Positions 17,941 through 25,641 of a stretch of DNA of 32,000 bases are shown here, in pieces. The translations under genes and the position numbers were made by a program. The notes under the pieces are model-generated. The model saw nothing but the letters and a program-made list of their open reading frames with translations. It did no database searches and was not told where the DNA came from. The stretch's first letter is position 1; every line of letters begins with the position of its first letter. The stretch lies in assembly GCA_964565945.1 (NCBI GenBank), contig CAZMGY010000021.1, forward strand, positions 60,001-92,000, written 5' to 3'. This DNA comes from an uncultured bacterium (GTDB lineage Bacteria; GCA-001730085).

Positions 17941-19261
17941 TTAAATCTCCGGCTCAAAATCGATATCTTGAGCAGGGGTATCAAAGCCCATGCCTTGCTC
18001 CTGGCTTTTGCCGTGGGATTTACTGCGCTCTGCAACGCGGGCTTTCTTCTTCTCATGGGATTTTAGGTGCGATAAATCGCGGATTAACTTGGCACGCTCT
18101 TCCTCATGTTTTTTATGTAGCGAGTTAAACTGTATTTGTAGTTTCTGGCGCATTTCTAATTGCTTATGGATCAGCTCTTCACGCTCTGCTTGGTCGCGCT
18201 TATGCGCCTGCCAGGTTTCACCGTCATTAGCTTTGCGCTGCTTCCAATAGGAGCCATTTAGCTTGTCCCATAGACCTTTAAAACCTTTGCGTATCTGCGA
18301 TACCCTAAGGGCTTCTTCCTTTTGCCAGCGGGATTCCTGATAGGCGTTTTGCGCGGCTCGGTCTTTTCGGTGCTGCAATGTCATAGCGGCCTTGGTTTTA
18401 AGTAGAGGCACTAATTCTTTATTGTGATCTTTATCCAGCTCGCCGATGAATTTCTTCAATAGGGTTGATGTTTTTCCACTGATCTTATTCTTAACTGTTT
18501 CAACGCTCGGCAGGTCTTCTGCTTTGCCAAGACGTTTTTCTATTTTTTTTTCTTCGCTGTGAGCTGGCGGGTTAGAGAATAAACCTCACCGTGTATATAT
18601 CTATAGCTACAAAGCCGCGCTTATCTCCTTTGGCCAGCCAGTAGCCAGATTCCAGGAGCGCTTGCTCAAAGCTTTTCTTATCATCCGACCTTGCCCAGCA
18701 TTGCTGTAAGTTGGCCTTGATGGTCTTGGGGTTTTGATTTGTGCGCGCCGCTTGCTGCCACTCAGCCCTTGTGAAGTTGAGCGGGTTTTTCTGGCTCTTA
18801 TCAATAAAGCCTTTGGGCAGTTGCCAACCATGATCTAAATAAAGCTGTTTTGATATATCTTTGAGCTTATTTTTAAAAAAGGGCTGATCAATTGCCTTCA
18901 TTTCTTTGGCATCAATGCGGCTCCAAACACAATGCGCATGACGGCGGCCATGTTTTTCATGAAAGACAATGACGCGGGGCTGATTTTCAAGCCCCAGCTT
19001 TTTCTCTATTTTTGTTAGTGCATCCTCAAATGCAGCTACCAGCACTTTTTCATTTTGTGGTGGTGATAGCGATAGGGAGAACATGAAACGTGAACATCTT
19101 GTACCTTTGCTAATCGCATGGATTTCATTAAGTGCGCCGCCTATTGTTTCACTGGCAAAACCCGATACTTCATGCACCCGCACATGCTCATTTTGCTCAC
19201 CATTCATGAGGTGCTTTGCCATTTGGCGTGCGCCGCCGCGTTTACTCGCCTTGATGATCAT
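17941..19261 (-). pseudogene. MobA/VirD2-family relaxase (~440 aa if repaired) split by two frame lesions
   Basis: The N-terminus reads MIIKASKRGGARQMAKHLM... with histidine triad HEKHGRRHAHCVWS. The frame ends at 18572 (..GFVAIDIYTVRFIL*). Removing 2 nt in ATATATACAC (about 18591-18600) gives DIYGEVYSLTRQLTAKKKK. Adding 1 nt to the A9/T9 run (18543-18551) then joins IEKRLGKAEDLPSVE... and the 172-aa ORF 17941-18459. Confidence 0.8.
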
Positions 19262-19652
19262 CTTCTTTTTCCTGCAAACCCAGAGCGCGGGTGAGGGTAT
19301 TTCTAATCCAGTGAACCGAGCGGCTGGCCTCATTTAAGGCCTTTAGCACATCTATATTCACAGGCAGGGAACCTGAATTTGCAGCCCTAGCAAGCTGATT
19401 GATATTGTTAGCTATACGAGATTGCCCAAAGGCAGCTAGCAGTCTGGCTAATTCTTTTTGGTCTTTGACGGGCTTCTTGCCCCGTGTTCTATTTTTGGGG
19501 ATTTCATCACCAAAGAGAAGAAAGCGAATATAGGCAGATAGCGGGCGATCACCTGCGGCCAGCTCTAATGTCTTTCTTTCATCCTCAGTGAAGCGAATAC
19601 AATATGGGGAGGGGTATGTATATTTTTGATCCGTAGGGGTTTTTTTAGACAT
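19242..19652 (-). CDS. mobC: MobC-type relaxosome accessory protein
   Basis: The MSKK start at 19652 is preceded by AGGGGGA. It carries an RHH-like N-terminus (IRFTEDERKTLELAA) and the MobC signature FGQSRIANNINQLARAAN. The 3' end overlaps the relaxase start by 20 nt. Confidence 0.8.
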   Translation of the reverse strand: MSKKTPTDQKYTYPSPYCIRFTEDERKTLELAAGDRPLSAYIRFLLFGDEIPKNRTRGKKPVKDQKELARLLAAFGQSRIANNINQLARAANSGSLPVNIDVLKALNEASRSVHWIRNTLTRALGLQEKEDDHQGE

Positions 19653-19830
19653 TTTTCTGTCCCCCTGTTGCCGGAAGGGCAGAGTTACTGGTAGAATACG
19701 CATCCTTTGAAGAGCGGACTCCCTCTATTGCAGATAGTAGCGCCTCTTCTTGTAGCGGATCAGCAGCAATATCATAGCAGTTACCAGCGGTAGATAGCGT
19801 TGGCAACCAGCCCCCGCTACCAAATATAAT
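19653..19830. promoter_or_regulatory. Candidate oriT / mob promoter region
   Basis: This is the non-coding segment directly upstream of mobC, the usual oriT position. It holds short inverted repeats (GAAGAG 19709-19714 / CTCTTC 19744-19749; GTAGCGG 19753-19759 / CCGCTAC 19814-19820). AGTAGCGCCTCT (19736-19747) loosely resembles the RSF1010-type nic core AGTGCGCCCT as I recall it. Confidence 0.3.
19811..19824 (+). repeat. 14-bp direct repeat CCCCCGCTACCAAA, a copy of the tRNA-type acceptor end at 20449-20462 (candidate att core)
   Basis: Exact 14/14 match read directly. It lies at the outer edge of the mob module. Confidence 0.4.
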
Positions 19831-19891
19831 CTATACCACAGTAGCCTTTAAGCTTATTGTGGTTTTTTTGTTTATGCTCAAATTCGGTTTG

Positions 19892-19913
19892 GGCTAACAC
19901 TGTGCTAACAAAA
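19892..19913 (+). repeat. 22-nt direct repeat GGCTAACACTGTGCTAACAAAA (left copy)
   Basis: Matches 20345-20366 (GGCTAACACCATGCTAACAAAA) at 20/22 positions. Each copy contains two GCTAACA heptamers. Confidence 0.55.
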
Positions 19914-20082
19914 TATTTTTACTCTTCTTTATTGTTATCTCACCCACTCTTTAATTTTTAACCTTTTTGTAACTTCAATTTATTAAATTCCTTATTACAA
20001 AAAAACTTTTAAATAAAAAGTCCCCCTGAGTAGATATGATATAATCACTTAAATTATGCACTGTTATAAGGATTAAACTTTA

Positions 20083-20337
20083 ATGAACATAGAAACTTTA
20101 AATCTATTAATTAAAGATGGCGAAGGCATTCGTGTCAAATTTAAGGAGAAATATTCTTCTAAAATAGCCCGTGATATAGTCGCATTTTCACATACTAAAG
20201 GCGGATATATTTTGCTTGGGGTTACGGAAAAGCTTATTGAAAGAAAATATCCCTTTTTTTTTCAACAGAACCCCCTAAATCCCCCTTATCAGAGGGTATC
20301 TTATGTTTGTTTAAGAACTAAGTCAGCACCAAGTTAA
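20083..20337 (+). pseudogene. 5' fragment of an AlbA_2/Schlafen-type DNA-binding (AAA_4-associated) gene
   Basis: The first ~50 aa (E..KFKEKYSSKIARDIVAFSHTKGGYILLGV) fit the AlbA_2 N-terminal pattern (FK ... I.AFAN..GG.IL.GV). The sequence then degenerates and stops. Full-length relatives are several hundred aa. Confidence 0.4.
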
Positions 20338-20344
20338 AAATCTC

Positions 20345-20366
20345 GGCTAACACCATGCTAACAAAA
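20345..20366 (+). repeat. 22-nt direct repeat GGCTAACACCATGCTAACAAAA (right copy)
   Basis: See 19892-19913. Confidence 0.55.
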
Positions 20367-20431
20367 CACCCCAAACCATCAAAAAGCAACATCAACCAAG
20401 ACAAAAATAAAAAGCCCCTAACCCAAAGGCC

Positions 20432-20462
20432 GAGGGTTCGAATCCCTCCCCCCGCTACCAAA
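20432..20462 (+). other. tRNA-type 3' fragment (T-arm plus acceptor 3' strand), not a complete tRNA
   Basis: GAGGG-TTCGAAT-CCCTC (20432-20448) forms a canonical T-stem-loop, followed by CCCCCGCTACCA. I could not fold the upstream 45 nt (A-rich) into anticodon or D arms, so this looks like a remnant or att half-site. Confidence 0.5.
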
Positions 20463-20486
20463 AATTCATTTTTAAAGGAGACAGCT

Positions 20487-21590
20487 ATGTGGAATCGTCA
20501 TAATCAGGATGGTTTAGCTCGCACTGGTTCACTTCATTTATCTCATGGTGATGTGCCCACTCCAGCCTTTATGCCTGTAGGGACACAAGCTAGCGTCAAA
20601 ACAGTTACCCCCGATGAGCTTAAAGCCATCGGGTATCAGCTTATTTTAGGCAATACGTATCATTTGAATTTGCGCCCAGGAATAGCCCTAATTCAAGAGT
20701 TCGGTGGGTTACACCGTTTTATGAATTGGGACCGAGGAATATTGACCGACAGCGGGGGCTTTCAGGTGTTTAGTTTGGCGCCTTTACGCAAAATCACCTC
20801 TGAAGGGGTAATTTTTCAGTCGCATATCGATGGCTCGACTCACCTTTTAACTCCAGAAAACGTGATTGATAAACAGCTCGCGATGGGAGTGGATATTGCT
20901 ATGGTTTTGGATGAATGTCCACCTTTTCCTGCGGAGCGCTCTTATGTAGAAACATCGATGCAGGTCACCCTCGATTGGGCCAAACGCAGCCGGACTTATC
21001 ATCCTAAGGGAAGCTCTGGACCTAAACTTTTTGGCATTGTGCAAGGAGGCATGCATGCCGATTTACGTAAGCAATGTGTGGAGCAACTAATCGATTTGGA
21101 TTTTGAGGGCTATGCAATGGGGGGGCTTAGCGTTGGGGAAAATAAAGCGCTTATGTATGAGATGTTTAGTTTAGTGGCGGATATCCTTCCCCAAGATTCT
21201 CCTCGCTATCTGATGGGTATTGGAACACCCGAAGACCTTCTTGAAGGAGTGGCTTGTGGTGTTGACATGTTTGATTGTGTTTTGCCGTCACGCAATGCGC
21301 GCAATGGGACTCTTTTCACGTGGCAAGGTAAGGTAATAATTAAAAATCAGCGTTGGGAAAAAGTGCAAGATCCGATTGACCCAACATGTACTTGTTACAC
21401 GTGCAAAAATTTCAGTGCGGGTTATTTGCGTCATTTATTTCGCTCTAGAGAAATCTTATCGTTGCGCTTGAATACCTTGCATAATTTGCACTTTTTTTAT
21501 CAACTCATGCATCAAGCGAGACAAGCGATTAGCGAACAAAGGTTTGGGCTATTTAAGGAAAAGTGTTTGGAGGCCTGGTCCCAAACTTAA
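20487..21590 (+). CDS. tgt: Queuine tRNA-ribosyltransferase
   Basis: ATG at 20487 follows RBS AAAGGAG. Motifs: TPAFMPVGT, LGNTYHL, TDSGGFQV, zinc site CTCYTCKNFSAGYLRHL. The upstream extension of the track ORF runs over the tRNA-like fragment and is rejected. Confidence 0.95.
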   Translation: MWNRHNQDGLARTGSLHLSHGDVPTPAFMPVGTQASVKTVTPDELKAIGYQLILGNTYHLNLRPGIALIQEFGGLHRFMNWDRGILTDSGGFQVFSLAPLRKITSEGVIFQSHIDGSTHLLTPENVIDKQLAMGVDIAMVLDECPPFPAERSYVETSMQVTLDWAKRSRTYHPKGSSGPKLFGIVQGGMHADLRKQCVEQLIDLDFEGYAMGGLSVGENKALMYEMFSLVADILPQDSPRYLMGIGTPEDLLEGVACGVDMFDCVLPSRNARNGTLFTWQGKVIIKNQRWEKVQDPIDPTCTCYTCKNFSAGYLRHLFRSREILSLRLNTLHNLHFFYQLMHQARQAISEQRFGLFKEKCLEAWSQT

Positions 21591-21626
21591 TTAAAATAAA
21601 CGACTAATAAAGATCAACAAGAGGCG

Positions 21627-22368
21627 CTACCAAATAAAGAATACTTTGTTAGCTGGGTTTTTATATGTATCGAATGTTGAATAGGCCTTATCTCTGCCGT
21701 TGTCTTTGAATGCCCCAGTGCTCCCCATCAAGTTTTGGTGACTAAATTTAGAGAAACTGCTTTGCCTCCAAGGCTTGCCCGAGGCGGTAATAATACCCTC
21801 TTTGTTTAGTTCAGCCACTATCGCTTTTGGGGATTTATTTTTATAGGCGTAATCTTCAAATATGTGCCAACTGATACTGGCTTGCTCCCCGATGATTTCA
21901 CAATCACCTCGAATAGCCTCACCTTCGGAATTCTGTTTTTTCATCACCTTATAACCATAAGTTAAACCACCGCTGGATTTTCTTTTTTCAACACGTTCTC
22001 GTAATCCACGGCCTGTTTTATCGGCAAGGTTTTTGAGGAAACAGGGCATTCATCGTTCTTTTTAGCCTAATATGAAGTGCTAAGATTTTACCTTTGCTGA
22101 GCGTAAAAATTTAAACTCCTGCAAATTCCATGCGTTTAAACAGACCCGCAATATTTTCCTGATCACGAAAAAGATAATTGAACGCCTCGGCTACCAAGAT
22201 ATCAAATTCATCATTCATGGCAGCCGCCATAAGGGCTTGAATACCTGGACACAAAAGGGAGAGGCCCCCAGATATTCCAGCATCGATGTATGACATACCC
22301 ATGTTCCACCCTTGGCGTTGTGCTTTTTCGTTGCAAAGTCTGATTTGATCTTCGCAAGCCTAAAAAAG
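21627..22368 (-). pseudogene. Decayed large serine recombinase (resolvase plus recombinase domains), truncated at both ends
   Basis: The minus strand reads ..EDQIRLCNEKAQRQGWNMGMSYIDAGISGG..FDILVAEAFNYLFRDQENIAGLFKRMEFAGV, then TAA (22111-22113), then IFTLSKGKILALHIRLKRTMNALF. A frameshift near 22036-22050 leads into LKNLADKTGRGLRERV..GGLTYGYKV..IFEDYAYKNKSPKAIVAELNKEGI. The N-terminal catalytic-Ser segment and the C-terminal half are absent. Confidence 0.75.
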
Positions 22369-22412
22369 AACTGGTACAGTAGTAGCATTATCAGACTCGT
22401 AGTGAAACTTAA

Positions 22413-22520
22413 CAGGATATTTTAAATTACATAGTGATATTTTATAATGGCCTGCGTTTGCATTCTCATTTGGGTTATATCAGCCCCAATGACTACGAAG
22501 CAGTAACATGGCCAAACTGA
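22413..22520 (+). mobile_element. 3' remnant of an IS3-family (rve integrase) transposase
   Basis: Translates to QDILNYIVIFYNGLRLHSHLGYISPNDYEAVTWPN*, the characteristic C-terminal tail (FYN..R.HS.LGY.SP..YE). No upstream transposase body is present. Confidence 0.7.
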
Positions 22521-22884
22521 GTAAAGTTGCTTAACTGGCCTGTACACATCCATTAGACCATTCCATTTAGAAGATGATGTGCTAAACCATAGCAGCCGTT
22601 CTCACTTTAGGACTTACATGACCCAATACAATGGATGTGACCAATTAGCAAAAATCGTTATATTTTAGAAAAATGTAATGCTTGAGAGTGTATGGGTAGA
22701 TTTTAGTTTATTTTGCAAATACAGCTACAATCATATATACTCGTCAAGGATTATTTATACTTGGAGATACGTTGTGGACATGTCTAAGTTCTCTGAGCTT
22801 TGATTCACAGCAAAGCTTCAAATAAAAAGTTAAGGAACTTTCAAAGAAAATAGCTTTTATCATCAAAAACAGAAGGATGTCATT

Positions 22885-24000
22885 GTGAGACTCGTTGTAT
22901 TGTTTAGTGGATTATTATTGTTAGGGCTAGGGATCTCACAAGTCTCTGATCTCGGATCTTACATGCCCTTTTTAACCAACATAACACTAATATGTTTAGC
23001 CTATATTATGATTGAAGTGGGCTTAGAATTTAAAATTCGTAAAGATAAGCTAGCAGAATATGGGAAAGATTATCTGATCGCAGCAACAGCCGCCAGCTTC
23101 CCGTGGATTCTCTGTGCCTTATACTTTATTTTCGTTCTTAATGTTCCTTATAAAGAAGCTTGGCTCGTTAGCCGATTTTCGGCGCCGACATCAGCAGGAT
23201 TACTATTTGCAATGCTTCTAGCAGCAGGATTAGGGTCCACTTGGGTTTTTAAAAAAGTTGAGGTTTTGGCGATCTTCGACGACTTAGATACCATTCTTCT
23301 GCTGATTCCTTTACAGTTTATACTCGTAGGCTTTAAGCCAGAACTCCTCATCGCCATCATTGTCATTGCTGCGCTCTTGAGCGTCGCTTATAAACTTCTT
23401 CATCAGGTCAATTTTCCGTATACCAAAGGCTGGATGATTTTTTATTCGGTCGCCATTGTTTCTATATGTAAAGGATTGGAACATATAGCACACATCCACA
23501 TTGAAGTGCTTATCCCTGCTTTCTGCTTTGGTTGCGTGATAAAACACAACGTCTCCCAAGCCAAAGCAACCAAAGAACAATCCAGTCCGTTTGATATTGC
23601 CTTAAAGTCTCTTTTTATGTTTTTGGTCGGTACCTCCTTGCCCAAAATTGACTTTACGGCCTTAGATTGGCAAACAACGGCTCTTCATGTCATCATCATT
23701 ACGATCATTTCCAACATCGGCAAATGCTTTCCGATTTTGTGCTACAAAAACCAAGCAACACTCAAAGAGAGAATTGCCGTTGGCATTAGTCTCTTCCCTC
23801 GAGGAGAAGTTGGTGCAGCCGTTCTTCTTATAGCTATTGGTTATAAATTTACTGGCATCGCCACGACACTTGCAGGGCTTAGCCTTGCGCTTAACCTGAT
23901 TCTGACTGGTTTATTTATTATGATTGTAATTTCACTGGTTAAACCAAAAACAGACGATAAAAAGAACGACAACAACGCTTATGCCTCTTCGAGAAACTGA
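22885..24000 (+). CDS. Polytopic membrane protein, cation/proton antiporter-like
   Basis: GTG start follows GAAGGA. About 10-11 hydrophobic segments. FSAPTSAGLL and IFDDLDTILLL resemble the CPA-type TM4/TM5 motifs. Assigned by eye only. Confidence 0.5.
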   Translation: MRLVVLFSGLLLLGLGISQVSDLGSYMPFLTNITLICLAYIMIEVGLEFKIRKDKLAEYGKDYLIAATAASFPWILCALYFIFVLNVPYKEAWLVSRFSAPTSAGLLFAMLLAAGLGSTWVFKKVEVLAIFDDLDTILLLIPLQFILVGFKPELLIAIIVIAALLSVAYKLLHQVNFPYTKGWMIFYSVAIVSICKGLEHIAHIHIEVLIPAFCFGCVIKHNVSQAKATKEQSSPFDIALKSLFMFLVGTSLPKIDFTALDWQTTALHVIIITIISNIGKCFPILCYKNQATLKERIAVGISLFPRGEVGAAVLLIAIGYKFTGIATTLAGLSLALNLILTGLFIMIVISLVKPKTDDKKNDNNAYASSRN

Positions 24001-25040
24001 GTATCCTTAATCCATAAAGCTAAGTAGGGCTCCGTTTCTCCCTGGTGTCGCATTAAACACAAAAAGGGTTTATCAACGATATATCGACGGTCCGACACAA
24101 AATCCAAATGGTTCATGTGAATATTTTGCGTCATAAAAGGGATGTCTTTCACTTGCCAGTACTCCCCATCGGCACGAACTTCAAAGCGATAATCTTGAAC
24201 AACCTTGGATAAAAACCAACTCTTTTTTGTTTTATTTTGCACACCATTATCTTGAAGGTCGGGAACAAGTGAATGGCTATCAACGGCTATTTGAGGAATA
24301 TGAAGTTGATCTCCTGGCATAAAAAACATTTGCTGCCCGCCATCAACAATTCTCTTAAGAACATATTTAACCGTATCTTGAAAGGTCGCCAAAGGCGCAA
24401 CCTTAGCAATGTACATCTCATCGTTATAATCCTGCAACGTTAAACCAACAATAAAATCATCAGGGTTGTTATACTCAATCACATTTACTTTTTGCATAGG
24501 ATCTTCTCCTAAGTTACCCTGATAGTCCAACAACATTCCTTTCACAGGGGTATGTTTATCTCCTACCGAAAACAATAAAGGCTGTCCCGTAGAAAATAAA
24601 GTTTGAGGCAAAGATACATGCCGACCCAATCCGATATAACCGAGGACATCCAAAAGCCCTAGCCCTCCCTCAAAATCTGGCATTTCAACACCTATAGAAC
24701 TTTCTCTTTTTTGTTTAAATGTTTCTGCAATATCTTTCAATAAGTATCCATAAAATACATCAGTCATGGCAACCTTTTCGGGAAAAAGTGTTTTAGAAAT
24801 TTTAGACTGATTCATGCGATCTTGATAAGACACATTCCTAAAAAACTGCACATCTTCTTTAACAATATCTTCTTGCATAATCTTCCAAAACTGGATCATT
24901 AACGGAGAATAAAGAATATTTTGGGTTGTCAGTAAATCATCCAGCCACCACACCGTCGAAGAAGATTTGCTTGTTTCAGCAGCAAAACTTATGGCCGTTC
25001 CACACAGTAAAATTAACGCAATCAAATATTTTCCAATCAT
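23979..25040 (-). CDS. Secreted protein with divergent serpin-like signatures
   Basis: The MIGKYLIALILLCGTAISFAAE start at 25040 (a signal peptide) follows AAGGAAG. N-terminal NILYSPLMI fits the serpin pattern N...SP.S, and C-terminal YIVDKPFLCLMRH fits F..D.PFLF.IR. There is no canonical GTEAAAAT hinge. Confidence 0.4.
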   Translation of the reverse strand: MIGKYLIALILLCGTAISFAAETSKSSSTVWWLDDLLTTQNILYSPLMIQFWKIMQEDIVKEDVQFFRNVSYQDRMNQSKISKTLFPEKVAMTDVFYGYLLKDIAETFKQKRESSIGVEMPDFEGGLGLLDVLGYIGLGRHVSLPQTLFSTGQPLLFSVGDKHTPVKGMLLDYQGNLGEDPMQKVNVIEYNNPDDFIVGLTLQDYNDEMYIAKVAPLATFQDTVKYVLKRIVDGGQQMFFMPGDQLHIPQIAVDSHSLVPDLQDNGVQNKTKKSWFLSKVVQDYRFEVRADGEYWQVKDIPFMTQNIHMNHLDFVSDRRYIVDKPFLCLMRHQGETEPYLALWIKDTQFLEEA

Positions 25041-25278
25041 AACCACAGCTTCCTTTTTTTTGCCACCCATTGCTATTCGACTCCACGATCCACCCATAAG
25101 TATTCTTGAATATTGCGTTCATAAGAGCATTGAAAAGCCCTCCACAAAACACACGCCACTTTGGGAACATTGTCAGATAAAGTCACCGAGGAAAGCTCCC
25201 AACGATTACGAGACAAATAAATATCTTTGCACGGTAAAACACCCCCCAAGAGCTGCCCTTCAGGAGTTAAAGAGTCTC

Positions 25279-25313
25279 ACAATGTGTCTGTTGTCATAAA
25301 ACAGACACATTGT
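25279..25313. repeat. Perfect 14-bp inverted repeat (ACAATGTGTCTGTT / AACAGACACATTGT) with a 7-nt loop spanning the cutA stop codon
   Basis: Read directly: arms at 25279-25292 and 25300-25313. No U-tract follows on the cutA strand. Confidence 0.6.
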
Positions 25314-25623
25314 CCTTTAGCCATTGTTCATACGCAGGATTAAGAATATTCATCGACCCTTCCAAAATGCAGGGACATTGATAGGGGTGCTGTTCAAGAA
25401 TTTTATCAATCATACTTTGTTTGAATTTATCTAAGGTCTTAAATATAACCACAACTTCTTGAGTTTCTTCCAACTGCCCATCCCAAGCATAAAAACACTC
25501 AACTCCAGGCAAAATCTGAACACAGGCCACTTTACGCTCAACAACAAGCTGGCGCGACACACTACGTGCGCTTTCAATATCGGGGAACGTCACATACAAA
25601 ATAGCGAGCCTGGCCATGATCAC
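25294..25623 (-). CDS. cutA: Divalent-cation tolerance protein CutA
   Basis: ~108 aa with the CutA1 pattern: ILYVTFPD.E.A..V...LV..K.VACVQI.P.V.CFY.W.G.L. Confidence 0.8.
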   Translation of the reverse strand: MIMARLAILYVTFPDIESARSVSRQLVVERKVACVQILPGVECFYAWDGQLEETQEVVVIFKTLDKFKQSMIDKILEQHPYQCPCILEGSMNILNPAYEQWLKDNVSVL

Positions 25624-25641
25624 ACTTTCTTCATTTATAAT

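Noticed and set aside
18459-18572. Reading the 253-aa and 172-aa minus-strand ORFs as two separate genes (relaxase plus accessory protein)
   Set aside because: The 113-bp 'gap' translates continuously as relaxase-like sequence once the two simple-sequence indels are allowed for. One disrupted gene is the simpler reading.
17895-19337. Plus-strand ORFs 17895-18128, 17990-18250 and 19083-19337, and minus-strand ORF 18607-18831
   Set aside because: They are shadow or alternative-frame ORFs within the relaxase and mobC coding region.
20385-20462. Possible complete tRNA or tmRNA gene ending at 20460
   Set aside because: The upstream 45 nt are A-rich and I could not fold them into anticodon or D arms. 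The acceptor end (..CCCCCGCTACCA) lacks the ..CUCCACCA / G3:U70 signature expected of tmRNA. I kept it only as a 3' fragment.
20355-20486. N-terminal extension of the tgt track ORF (MLTKHPKPSKSNINQDKNKK...)
   Set aside because: It is low-complexity and runs across the 22-nt repeat and the tRNA-like T-arm. The conserved Tgt sequence begins at ATG 20487, which has a proper AAAGGAG RBS.
23148-23645. Three minus-strand ORFs inside the antiporter-like gene. Also 24967-25299 (+) and 24976-25170 (-), which overlap the serpin-like gene 5' end and upstream region, 26292-26703 inside the MORN gene, 27293-28326 inside the GT-C gene, and 29757-30448 and 31017-31211 inside the GT2 and kinase genes.
   Set aside because: They are antisense shadows of longer, better-supported genes with no independent support.
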